A stretch of DNA of 64,000 bases from Proteromonas lacertae (taxonomy: Eukaryota), in assembly GCA_002245135.1 (NCBI GenBank), contig NGBS01001193.1:1-64000 (forward strand), given 5' to 3'. Below the pieces are notes generated by a model, which ran no database searches, was not told the DNA's origin, and was given only the letters and a program-made list of their open reading frames with translations. A program made the translations under genes and the position numbers. Positions 10,942-24,500 of this stretch are shown here, one piece after another (within the stretch, counting starts at the first letter, position 1; every line of letters begins with the position of its first letter).

Positions 10942-13330
10942 GATAAATATATATTTATACCTGTTTTTAATTCTGCTCTATAAACACAACCAACAGTTCC
11001 AAATCCAATAATCTCTTGGAATTCATATAATGTTTCAACATCATCAGGAACTAAAGCAGCACCAAACTGAGATCCATGTCTAATACGATTACATTTAGGT
11101 AGATATTCTTCATATTTTGTCAAGTCTAAATAATCAATATGTGATGTTAAAAATGGTGATTGCATTAATTCCAATGCATCAAATCGATGAGAAGGATCAA
11201 CTTGCAAACATTTTTGAACAAAATATTTGGCTTGAGGATTATTCTCCCAAATTTTTTCCTTAAATTCATAAGCACCAGATTTAATATAATTAAACATGAC
11301 ATTAGTATTTCCATTAACATTAGGGAATGGCAATCTTCCTGTTATTAATAAGAAGGCAATAACACCCAATGACCAAATATCAGCCTTTTCATCGTATGGT
11401 TTATTAGAGATAACTTCTGGAGCGATATATTCTGGTGTTCCACAGATTGCTTGTGTCTTTTGACCATTCATTTCTTTAGCAAATCCAAAATCTATTAGTT
11501 TCAAAGTCGTATCATCATTACTTATTCCATATAATATATTTTCTGGTTTAATATCTCTGTGAATTACTTTCTGTTTATGACAATACAATATTGCTTTTCC
11601 AATAGTAATAAATATCACTTTTACTCTTTCGATTGGGAATATTTTTATTCTATTAATTTCAGTTAATAATTCACCACCAGCTATCAATTCATTCACTATA
11701 TATAAATACTTTTGATCAGCAAAAACGCCATAACATTTCTCCAAGTTAGGATGTGATAAACTTGTAGTAATATCCACTTCTCTTTGTATCATAGTCATAT
11801 TAAAACCAGCTTGAATTGGTATAACTTTAACTGCGACATTTAGACAATCAATATTTCTAAATCCTTTGTATACTTTACCAAAATTACCACCACCAATCAA
11901 TTTACCTAAAGTATAATAGGATGTAAAATGTGCATAAACTTGTTGTTGTTTGATTTGTACTATTTCTTCAGGTTTTGCTGTTGTTACTAATGATTCTGCG
12001 AATTTCATTGAATCTATTGCTCTTCTGAAATGTTGCTTTTCTTGATGGAGTTGTTGGTGTTTCAACATTTTCATCTATCCAATGATATTTGAGGAATCTG
12101 TGGTAATTCATCATAAGGTATTTCAGAAGGAGCTAATGGAGGTTTTGTATGATGAGATTCAACATGTTTAACATCAGGGCTAAGATTAGGAGAAGGATTA
12201 TTAAATTGATATTCTTTATTACCAGATTTCACTGGTGAACGTGGTGGTGTTCCGATTGGAGGAGTAGATGGTGGTTTGGGAGGTGATCCTGCTGATCTTC
12301 TACCACCATCACTACTCTTTGATAATGACAATACATTCTGTTGTATTTCATTTCTTTCAAACTTCATTGATTCTGGTCGATGTACTACTTTCTTCATTTG
12401 TGATGGACTTATTCCCTTCTTCATTTGTCCACGAATTACATATCCACCTCCTGTACCACCACCATTACCACTACCTGTACTGTTGAAATGAGGTATTGAG
12501 TCTGAACTAGATATATGGAATAATGAATTCTCATTCTCTAAAGATGATCTTCTATTATGTGGAGTTGGTATAACTGGTGGTATTGGATGGGGTAAGTTTC
12601 TATTGGATAATGGAGGTCGGCCTATTCCTGGTACTGCATTGACTTGGGAATTAATCTCATCTGTGTTTAATTTGGAGATATTTTCGGTTGGTTTTGGATC
12701 TTCTTCTTCGGTTTTTGGCTTTTCTTCTTCTTTTGGTTTATCCTCTGATTTTGGCTTATCTTCTGTTTTATTTTTTTCTTCAGTTTTACTTCTTTCATCT
12801 TTTTTACTAGATGAATTTAATTTACTATCCTTCCTATGAGGTGAAAGATATTTACTGTCTTTACGACTTGGTGTACTTGGCTTCTCTTCTTTTCTAATAC
12901 TTCTTTTGTGATGATCCCTTATTTCATCATTTGATTTATGAGATTTTGATTCTTTTCGCTTGTCTTTAGACATGCTGCTTTTATGTTCATGATGATGTGT
13001 ATGTTTCCGTTTATTCAGATCTTCTTTCTTTGGTTCTATTTTATCAGCTTCAGGAGCTTCATTCTTTTTATTTTGATCACCCGGAGATTGAGGATTTTGT
13101 GCAGTTGGTGGATCTACAAATATTATAAAAATAGATATAATACCTTGTTTGGGTGTTTCTTGAGTTGCACTATTTTTAATTTCTTCGGTTTTGGTATTTG
13201 GTTGATCAGAAACTGGTTTCGCACCATTATCTTGATTATTATTCTGTGGTGGTTTTACAACTTCTTCTTTCTTCACAGTATTTTCTTTTTTATCTGATTC
13301 AGAAATATTTTTACTTGATGCACATCCCAT
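9948..13330 (-). CDS. CAMK-like kinase plus pseudokinase with MGC N-terminus (paralog B)
   Basis: MGCASSK start. Kinase domain 1 is closely similar to paralog A (REVDIT.SLSHPN, FADQKYLYIVNE, HRDIKPEN, KPYDEKADIWSLG). Domain 2 has HKNIKPDN/SDYN. Introns about 13144-13115, 10960-10902 and 10481-10452; two apparent +1 indels at about 12030-12080. Confidence 0.88.
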
Positions 13331-13492
13331 TTATAAAATTCAAAAAAATTGATATAATAATGAAACGGACAAAAGAATCCAAAAAAGTACTGTTTTTGTT
13401 TGTATGGAATTATGAACTATTTTAACTTAATAAAGATAATTTATATAATAATTGTGGTGAAATTAAATTATTAAATTCTTTATATTTCCTAA

Positions 13493-15524
13493 TTACATCA
13501 ACAAACTAGTTGAATATTCTCTATCTCTAGCTTCCTTCTCATCATTTTTCTTCACTTTTGCATAATTTCTTCGATATTCATGAATGAACGTCTTTCCTTC
13601 TCTAATTTTCATCACATGATCTTCATTTCCCTTCTGTGGAGTATCATACTATACATAATTACAATAACAATATAATTAATACAGGATCAAAACCAATATA
13701 TGACAATAATTTCTTCACAGCATCAAAGAATGTAACAATGAAGACAATTACGCAGATAATAGGTAGCCAGAATGAAAATGACTTACCAAGGAAAGGTACA
13801 AATGTCATTTGCCCCATAAATACATAAAATGATGTATTCTGATACTTATCAATCTAATAAAAAATAATAATTAAAAAAATATATAAAATATACTTGTAGT
13901 AAAGTAAACAAATGATAAATGAGAGAAAACTGTAAACGACATAGATAAATTGCATTAAAACACAATGCATACATATCAGATCTACGAGGATGATGCAAAT
14001 TATAAAATGTAAAAAATGGAATTTTCAATTTAAACAAACTCAAATAACAAGCCCAACTTAGATATGTTATTATTGCAAATGAAATGAAGAAGTTGGAAAT
14101 ACCACTAGATGCTGATTTCAGTAATATACCAAATGGTGATAGTACGATATTATTATAGTAATAATGAACTGGAGCTGTAACCTCGCAGAATAACACTATG
14201 AATGTAATTAACCAGCAGATTAATGATAAAAACTATCAATATAATATTTTATTAAAATATATACTCTAAACGACCATATCTTTATTATAATTATTGGTTT
14301 TGTGAATGAACCAGCTGAAGCCTGTATAAGATTAATATAACCGTTAGAAGAATAAAGAGGATCCTAATAATAATATTGTTATTATTAGAATAGAAAGAGA
14401 TTATATAATATATAATAAAAAAAAAAAAAGAGAAAAGATTGTAATATATTATTATTATATTATATACATTATCTCCAATGAGTTTTTCTGCTCCCTCTAA
14501 TGATTTCAATAAGTCTTTCCATTCTCCTTTTAATCTGTGATGCTGTATAATTGTATTATTCAATTTGGCATGGAGTGATGCTAATTCATCTAATCGTCTT
14601 TCATCATTCCACTATACATAAAATAATAGATATATTTATATATTTATATACAGCTTTTATTTGATCTACTGTATATCGTGGTAGATCATTGACTTGTATT
14701 TTTACTTTGTGACCCATATAATCATTCTTTTCTATATATTAATATATATATATATATATATATATTATACTTTCTGGACATTTTGCCATTACTATATCAA
14801 ATTCTTTTCTTATTTTCTCATATCCACCAATATGTTGCAATATCTTACCATATTCTTCTAATCTTTCTCTAACATTTGATGTTAATGTTTTATTCTCAAA
14901 TATTTCATCATGTAAATCAGAAGCTCTGAATTGTTGTGTTGTTATTATACTCTCTGGATCACAATCTCTGTATATTACCCTTGGCGCCTCAGCTAAACCA
15001 AATCCTAATAATACCACAATGAGAGTTAAACCGTAAGTATTGGCTATTGCTAATAACCAACCGACAACATGATCAATACTTCCTTTTTCTACAATCATTC
15101 TCCAAATTATTACGATTAAACCTGCTACACACATAACGATCCAGAATTTGATATTTGCCTTTAATGAATCAATGACACGTTTCTTAAATGAAAAAGAACC
15201 AGATGCAGAATACTCTTGGACGATTGGTAGTATTACCCATGATATTACGAAGGTGGTGAAGTATATGAATTTCCACATTGCATCCATAAATGCTGGAGAT
15301 GCTTCATCTATTTCAGCATTTGCTAGATCGAATGGAAATAAAACAACTCCTGCCAAACCCAAGTACCTATAAAGTTTAGATCCTCACGAAGTATACCATG
15401 ACAAGAAGATCCAGATTAAATAGAGCCAACCAATATCTGGTCTTGCATAAACTCTAATAACGAACACAGTAAATGGGATCAGTAGAAAAAACCCTGCTAG
15501 AGCGATATAGTCAATGTAATTCAT
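13493..15524 (-). CDS. LMBR1-family (LMBRD2-like) multi-pass membrane protein
   Basis: Motifs LFPFDLA, WVILPIVQEY..SG.FSF, ANTYGL.LIVVLLGFGL.E.PR, LCFNAIYLCRLQFSLIY and MGQMTFVPFLG. Several short introns join the fragments. Confidence 0.85.
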
Positions 15525-15660
15525 CAGAAAAATCACACAATTCTATAGAACCAAGCCTAAAAGTTTGTCATTTAAAACGGTCACAAATATCTTAACTCAA
15601 GTCAAGCTGATCTCTTTTTTCAAATAATTAAGAGGATAGAAGCTGCTTTAGTTTAAATAA

Positions 15661-16704
15661 ATGTCGGATGAAGAACAAGGTCCTCTAGAAGTAGAGGTTT
15701 CACTTCGTATATTTTACAAATATCATTAAAAAAGGTGACTCAACAACAATAAATGTTAGACGTCGTACAACTACAGATCCTGTTATATTTGCCAGAAAGA
15801 ACACACCAGATTTTGATTCTGTTCCAGAAATACTGAAGAAAATCGAAGTTGATGAAGATGGTTCAAAGGCAAGTCATGATAGAAGATCGTCCTTTATACA
15901 CACAGTTGTACATCAAACTGATGAGAATGGAGAACAGATAACTGTTGTTAGAGCAGCAGTATTTTACCTTTATAACTCTCTTTTATGTTATAGGAATCAT
16001 CAACAAGTTGCTATCGTCCCAAACCAACTTTTTGGCAAAAAATCTGTTGTTGTTTTGAAACACCCAAAAAAGCAACTCATTACAGAACAATCACTTCAGC
16101 AACCCCAACACAACTAACAATAGATGAATTATTACCACAACAAACACCTGAAAATAGAGGAAAAAAGACTTTGGTGCTTGACTTAGATGAAACATTAGTT
16201 CATAGTTGTTTTAGGCCAATGGGTCACTATGATTATATTATACCAATAACATTAGAAAACACTACACACAATATATATGTACTAAAAAGACCAGGAGTGG
16301 AGGTATTTCTAGAAGAAATGAGTAAATTATTTGAGATTGTCGTATATACTGCTAGTTTAGGTAAATATGCAGATCCTCTACTAGATGAGATGGATGTAAC
16401 AGGTAAAATGATTACTGCTAGACTGTTTCGAGAACATTGTGTTTTATTTCAAGGTAATTACATTAAAGACTTATCTTTACTTGGTAGAGATTTAGCTAGT
16501 ACTATAATAATAGATAATTCAATCGCCGCATATTCATTTCAAAAGGAAAATGGCGTTAATTGTAAATCCTTTATAGATGATTTAAATGATAAAGAGTTGT
16601 ATGATTTAATGATATTTCTTAAGAGTATTGTAGATGTAGATGATGTAAGATATCATTTGCAGTTTTGGCTGTCAAAGAGATCGGATTATAGATCCAAAGT
16701 ATAA
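15661..16704 (+). CDS. SCP/CTDSP-like (NIF/FCP1 HAD) small CTD phosphatase
   Basis: Motifs LVLDLDETLVHS, YVLKRPG, YTASLGKYADPLLD, RLFREHC, KDLSLLGRDL and IIIDNS, plus an upstream CCC cluster. Short introns at about 15708-15735 and 15959-15993. Confidence 0.92.
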
Positions 16705-16862
16705 AATATAAGGTTATATAGCATTTTATACATACTGTAACTGTTATTTTTCTTTTATTTAATAGCATCTATATATTTTCTGTAAGTAATAAAAATTATG
16801 TTTTTTTGGATTATCACAAAATCTATCACATATTTCTTTGTATTTAAATAAATAAAATTAAA

Positions 16863-19846
16863 TTAGTCCTTACAAGATAAAGTCGCTTTAGTCATATCTG
16901 AAGCAGTATCTGAAGAAAATGCAACTGGATTAATCTCTTCTGGAGAACTAGGGTTAGTAAAATGCAATCTCTTAATATTGTCATCTGGTGAAGCCAAACT
17001 AGGATTAGCAGAAATCACATTCTTCATTGGTTTAAACGAAGAATTAGTTCTAATTCTCAAATTCAACTGACTTGATGTTTTATTACATGATCTATTATCA
17101 TTATTTGGAGGTGTTGCATTAAGTATTACATTACTGTTGCTTCGATTATGATAAGAAGATGTATTCTTCTTAATACGTGAATCAATACTTTCTCTATTCT
17201 TTGAAGAAACTTGTTGTACATAAACAGGAGTTATTGTATTACATCTGAATGATGCTTGACTACATTGATATGATGAACTTCTCATCTTTTTATTATTCTC
17301 AGGAATTGTTACTACTACTGGTACATTTGATCTTCTATAACTCTCTCTATAATTCAATGGCGGTGTTCCAGATGGTGTTGAAGGTGTATGCACTGCTACT
17401 GAATTAGTATCATCCGATTCTGACAGATCTATACCTACTAAAGATTGATATTTAGCTTCTCGTTTAGAGATGAAATAATCTTCAATCTTCTCTTTAATTG
17501 CTTCTTTCAAATCATCAGTCAATTTCTCAAATGTGCTGTACCAATTGGCCAATGTCTTTGCTTTCTCACAGTAAGTTGATTTTAAGAATGTATTAGCATA
17601 TTGTGAGGTTAAATATTCAGCAATTTCTAACTCAGCTGATGCATATAAGGTTGAATCAAAGACATTTTTACTCATTTTACTGATAATCTGTTTTCTTTTC
17701 CCATCACTAATTTTGACTTGGTTTGTAGAGGTTGGATCTAAATAAATATTGAATATTTCTTTAGCTGTTTGTATTTTAACATCTTCTGTTAGATTAGGAG
17801 ATTTTGTACGATAATGAAGACAGCATATATAAAATGACATACTAAAAATATATAATTAATTTATAAATATACTATGATTCTTGATTATTATCTTTTATTA
17901 ATATCTTAAAATAAGCTCTCATTATTGGTTCTCTCAGCAGTTTCTGATATAAATCAGTTCGTTTCAAATATGGATTAACATTTTTCTTCCCACATCTATA
18001 ATCTAACAATAATAATAATGATATTTCTATGATTATTAAATAACACAAACTGAATATCACCTTTATTTGACCATCTACGAATGGTGTATAGTTTATTTCA
18101 ATACATCTGATGATTATATAACAAAATGTGAAACTACAAACTCCCTTCATTATATATCTACTTCTGTAGGTTAAATCAGCAAAGAATATTAATCTACAAC
18201 TGTTGAATAAAGCGTGTAAAGAGCAATACAACTACAAAAATATAATATAATAATATATACAGATAAGAAATTAAATAACAACAATTCCTCTTTTGTATTG
18301 GAACAATATTCAATAGTGATAATATAATCAGAAATATTATATTTATCAACCAATAACTCTTTTTCTTTGAATATAAACACTACCATTGATTCTATTATTA
18401 TCACCACAACATATCTTAAGAAATAAACTAAAAAGTCTTTATTCACTATCACTTTATTCTCAACTTCTTCTTCTCTAATATAAAATGTCATCGACTCCAT
18501 AGAACTATATAATTATAAATAAAATATTAATTTTATACAATATAGCTATTAATAAGAATATTTGATCAAAACAAGTGATATAATAACACATATCTTTATT
18601 GATATCAATAAATTGAAATATTATATTACTCAATAACACCATTATTATTGATGCAATATATACTAATGCAATATATAATTTACCATTAAAAGTAGTGTTA
18701 GTAAACCGTCTAAATATCGTTAATGATAATGTAACCATAATTGTAGTGAGTATTACAATACTGTAGAATGCTATTTCTATTATAGAAATAGTGGAATTGG
18801 ATGGTAAAATATCTATAATATAATAATAATAATATATATATATATATATATATATACGACATTTTATATATGATTCATTTGGTGGATTTATTGATTCACA
18901 TGAAGTATTATCGTATGTGAAATATATTAAATGACTATTGCTACTACTGTCGCAGTCTTGTACATGAGGAGAATAATCATTATGACTACAGACTGGTAAT
19001 GATTTAGAATGTTTATTATAAGGATTAATTATTCTACAATATTGTAACGGATATATATTGGAATAATCACAGTTGATGGTTATATTGTATGATGGTATTC
19101 TTATTATTATATTATTATCAGATTCTTCTCCATCTTCATTTTCTTCTATTATTATCATCTTTTCTTTCATTATTCTTGATTTTTCATCAATTTTTAATTT
19201 CTTTATTATTTCTACATTATTTGTAATAATCATTTTTTCTTGAGTGATTATGAATTTGTTTGAGTGTTCAAATAAGGATGGAATATCTATCTTTACACAT
19301 ACAGTGTAGATTTGATTGAATAAATTACATTGAAAATAATTTCCACTCTTATACACTATACCATTCAAGTTTTCATCGTCTATAATGTCATTATATACTT
19401 TTGTGGATATGGGAATATTGGACAATAAATAATTTGGATGATAAACGAATAAATAATAACCAGATTGGTTTAATTTCTTAATGACACTATAAATAAAAAT
19501 ATAACACTAATATACTCGATTATAGAGTTAGGGATTATAAATGACTGTTTGGAGGAATAAATGAGGTTAATTTCATTATTTACACTTATATTACACATAT
19601 TTAATCCACACTTTTCTACTTCGATATTGTCATTGTACTGATTTGACAAGTATAAACTAATGTAAGTGTTCTTCTTCGCTGAGAGCATTGATTTGGATAG
19701 AAACAAATCTAATTGTGTCACATTGATGTTTGCTGATATACCATTTGATTGTCTATCATATTATAAAAATATTGATACAAATCAGTTAGTTCTTTACAAT
19801 TAATATAACTTAAAAAAATAAACACTAAATATATATCGATTTTCAT
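16863..19846 (-). CDS. Signal peptide-ectodomain-Cys-rich-7TM-RGS fusion (GPCR-like RGS protein)
   Basis: Six short GT-AG introns join five track ORFs in frame. Signal peptide MKIDIYLVFIFLSYINC, about seven hydrophobic segments, then an RGS box (LLREP.MRAYF..., AKEIFNIYL.PTS..QVKIS, LY.SAE.EI..YL...F.KS). Confidence 0.78.
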
Positions 19847-20297
19847 TCAATTATCAAATCTACCTTTACTGCTTGAGCTAATTTAAAATCAAACGAAAAT
19901 GATCAAGCTCTCAAGCATTGGAATCAGTTATGAAATTGATATTTTTTATAACAAGGTAAAACCCTACAAATATTAATGTTGGTGATGAAAAAATTAAATG
20001 AAAAAGATTAAGGTGAATTATTCTTATATAGCGAAAATGTAAGTCAATTCCAGACTACTTTACTGTAGCTGATTGTCAGACTTGTTACTTATCATTAGAG
20101 AGTTTATTTCTTTTGAAATCTCATATAGTTATGGATTATAAGATACATCAAAAAATAGTCGTTATTTGTTGTTATACATATTATTATATGAATTAGACTT
20201 AAAAGTAATACAAAATTCTTTTAATTTAAATGTATCAGATAGATTTAATTGATAATATACAGAAATAATACAAGCAAACAAAATTAACTTAAAACTA

Positions 20298-20939
20298 TTA
20301 GAAAAATACATTTTCTTGAGTTTCTTCTGTATTTTCTGTAGGAATTATATACTCAGAAACTGTATTTAAGGTTTTTATTAAAGATTCTCTTATTTTCACT
20401 AATTCCATTAAACTTATACCTTTTAATTCAGATGCAGAACTAGGTGATTCTTTACATTCTTCCAATATTCGATTTACACCATTCTGTATTTTATTATTTC
20501 TTATATTTATTATTGACTCTAAAATACCTCTTACATCTTCATCATCTTCTATATCATCACTACACTCTTTAAGCAACAGTTGCGCTATTTCTATATAGTG
20601 AAAAGGCAGAGTATCAACAGGATTTGCATTAGACTTTTCTTTTTTCAAATGATCTTCCAAATATTCTTTATTTAGCCAATTTGGTGGATGTATTTGACAT
20701 TTTTGTTTTCTCTTTAATTCAATTCCTAACCACAAGGGAACTTCTATTTCAACTAGTGGATAAAATGGACCAACATCACCCTATTAGTAATATATAATCG
20801 AATATTATACTGATATTAAAGAAATTGAATTTAAGTGAAATTTGGGAACTATTGTAATAAATTCATCTTCAGCCTAAATTATATATACTTCATATATTCA
20901 TACTAAAAATTCAGCTTCATTTGGAGTAATAGAATACAT
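20298..20939 (-). CDS. PSF2: DNA replication GINS complex subunit Psf2
   Basis: ATG 20939 and two 30-nt introns. Motifs EAEFLAEDE.ITIVP, GPFYP..IEVPLWLGI.LK..KCQI.PP.WL and LPFHYIEIA. Confidence 0.93.
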
Positions 20940-21575
20940 TGAAAATTGAGATTTTATATTTGTGAAACGACTATTTTTCGAAAATAATGTAATTTATCGA
21001 TTTACTCTATAATTAGAAAGTTAAAAATGACAAATTAAATAAATATGAAATGTGTAATACAAATATAACAATTACATATTATTATTTAGTATTTAGTTGT
21101 AAATCGCCCTAAAGCCGTATAAGATATTGTTTATTAAAATATTTCAAGATATTTTTATTAAATGATTATGATGAACTTAAGAAAAACAGAAGAGAAGTAT
21201 TACATTAAAAAATATGTAAAATGGAAAGATATATGTTAATGAAGATTATGGAATGTAAATGATGATGGGTAAATGTATTTAATGGATGAATATAGTTTAT
21301 AACTAATAGATTTGTGTGAAATTCTTGTAGTTGATATTAGAATCAGTATTAATGAATGAATTGTTTAAATAAAGTGTTATAATCATGTATAAGATAAATA
21401 CACTGTATAGTTCAGTAATTAACCAAAATTAGGAGGAATGTAAAACTAATCAATGAAATACGAATGTAATTAACAGATGGAATATTAATGAGTTGATTTT
21501 TTGTAATAGATTTTGTTAATTCATTATCATGTAAAAAATCTGTAATATTTCTCAAGCTCAAGGTTTGCTATAAAG

Positions 21576-24500
21576 ATGATGAAAGATTCACTTTTTATGT
21601 TATTCATTTTTCAGGTAGTGTTTGTTACCACTTTTAACATCACTATAGAAGAAACTGAGGTGAAAAGAGAGTTAATTAAGAGTGATAATGAAGGTGGTGG
21701 TCATCTCACTACAATTGTTGATGCAAGATCTACAGCTAATTATAATTTTGCAAGTAATAATGCTCCAAAGATATCTGTTCGTCTTTATGAAAAATTACAA
21801 AGTGGTGTTACAATAAAGATTGGCGTTTTGAATGATGATGGTTCAGTGATAGAAAGTAGTTATAAATCCATATCTGTAACAACATTAGACCCACAAGTTA
21901 TAATTGTTACTCCTTCAATTAATGCAGTGATTACAATCACAACTGGATCTTATTCAACTAATTACTTCACATTACAATGGAATCTTCTTTATTGTGAAGA
22001 TAATGAATGGAGTAAAAGTAAAACAGAAGGTGTTTGTGAAATATGTAATACAGGAGTGATAAATGAAGATGATAACTATTTGAATATTTGTCCATGTATT
22101 CAATACACTCACTATTTCAATACTGAAAATAAGAGATGTGAAGAATGTCCATTTGGTACATTTCGACCAAAAGGATCTATGATATGCTTAAGTCGAATTC
22201 CTATTGATGTAAATTTTCTATATTTAGGACTTAGTTTATTAAATGAAGATAAAATGTCTTCAATATATGTGAATACATCTAAATTATTGAGATATGATGG
22301 AACATCTGCATCATCTGATCGAATAGGTAAAATGATGATATCTTATAATAAATGGTGTTATGATTTATTAAATGTGAATATTAAAAATGAATATATCAGT
22401 AATTGGTGTTTGAATGGTAATGGATATAATAATAATTATGTAAAAGCTGTAATTGATATATATGATACTGAGAATATAACTGAATTCTACTATGAATATA
22501 GTGAAAGAGACTTAACTGAATTAAACCAAAGATACCGACTATATATAGTGATGTGTAAAGATAATTTACCAGGAGTAATCGATTTCACAGGAGTTCGTGT
22601 TGAGAATGGTGGCTTTTATGACTATAATGATTATTATCGAAATCATTTATTAATAATTAATACAGGTAGTGTTAAATATAACTTGAGTAATTATCGACTT
22701 ATAGAAATGCATAATTTAGGAAATGATAATGAAATAGAAATAATGAAAATAATAAAAGAGAAATTGAATCGAATCGAATTTGCAGAAGGTAAATTAGCAA
22801 GTCCATGTGGTCGAAATACTCGATACGAAAATACTAAGTGTATAGCATGTGAATCAACAAAATATAGTTATGCAGGTAGTTATAAATGTTCAAAATGTGA
22901 AGGTGATATTGATTGTGATTCAATAAGTCGTTTGAAACCATTTTTTGTAGATAGTGAAAGTCAATTGACGAAGTATATAGGTAATAGCGAAGAAAATCAA
23001 ATCGTAATTCCATCTAATAATGCGAAATATTTAAATTTTCAAAAGAATGTAATAGAAAATAGTAATACAAATTACAAATTGGTGAAATATTTATTTTATC
23101 GAACAAGTGGTGATGTTTATAAAGAAATAGATAGAAGTTCAAAATCATGGCAAAAATTCGAATTAGAAGCAATAGAATATTATTCAATAGTAATAACAAC
23201 ATCAAGTAGTAGTGGTGTTCGAAATTATCGTTGGAGTTTACAATGGTGTGATGTTGGTTATTGGAGTCCAAATCAAGACAGAAATAACTGTGAAATATGT
23301 AATACAGGAGTGATAAATGAAGATGATACTTATTTGAATATTTGTCCATGTAATCAATACACTCACTATTTTAATACTGAAAATAAGAGATGTGAAGAAT
23401 GTCCATTTGGTACATTTCGACCTATAGGATCAAAGAAATGCTTAAGTCGAATTCCAATCGATGTAAATTTCATGTATTTAGGACTTAGTTTATTAAACGA
23501 AGATAATTTATCTCCAATTTATGTTGAAACCTCAAAATTATTAAAATATGACAATGGGACATTTACATCATCTGATCGAATAGGTAAAATGATGATATCT
23601 TATAATAAATGGTGTTATGATTTATTAAATGTGAATATTAAAAATGAATACACTAGTAACTGGTGTTTGAATGGTAATGGATATGATTTAATTTATATAA
23701 AATATGCAATGGAGATATATACACCTGAAGATGAAAATGAAATTTATTATGAATTTAATGAAAGAAGTTTAAATGAGTTGAATCAAAGATATCGATTATA
23801 TATAATAATATGTAAAGATAATTTACCTGAAATAATCGATGAAAGTGGATTTCGTGTTAAAGATGGCGGGTTTTATGATTATTATGATTATTATCGAAAT
23901 CATTTATTAATAATTAATACAGGTAGTGTTAAATATAACTTGAGTAATTATCGACTTATAGAAATGCATAATTTAGGAAATGATAATGAAATAGAAATAA
24001 TGAAAATAATAAAAGAGAAATTGAATCGAATCGAATTTGCAGAAGGTAAATTAGCAAGTCCATGTGGTCGAAATACTCGATACGAAAATACTAAGTGTAT
24101 AGCATGTGAATCAACAAAATATAGTTATGCAGGTAGTTATAAATGTTCAAAATGTGAAGGTGATATTGATTGTGATTCAATAAGTCGTTTGAAACCATTT
24201 TTTGTAGATAGTGAAAGTCAATTGACGAAGTATATAGGTAATAGCGAAGAAAATCAAATCGTAATTCCATCTAATAATGCGAAATATTTAAATTTTCAAA
24301 AGAATGTAATAGAAAATAGTAATACAAATTACAAATTGGTGAAATATTTATTTTATCGAACAAGTGGTGATGTTTATAAAGAAATAGATAGAAGTTCAAA
24401 ATCATGGCAAAAATTCGAATTAGAAGCAATAGAATATTATTCAATAGTAATAACAACATCAAGTAGTAGTGGTGTTCGAAATTATCGTTGGAGTTTACAA

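Noticed and set aside
4171..13330. The hAT element created the inverted kinase duplication
   Set aside because: The paralogs are strongly diverged with different introns, while the element has a perfect TSD. The insertion is much younger than the duplication.
20941..21575. Hidden gene or RNA in the 630-bp spacer
   Set aside because: No ORF, convincing spliced frame or structured RNA signature was found by eye; treated as a divergent promoter region.
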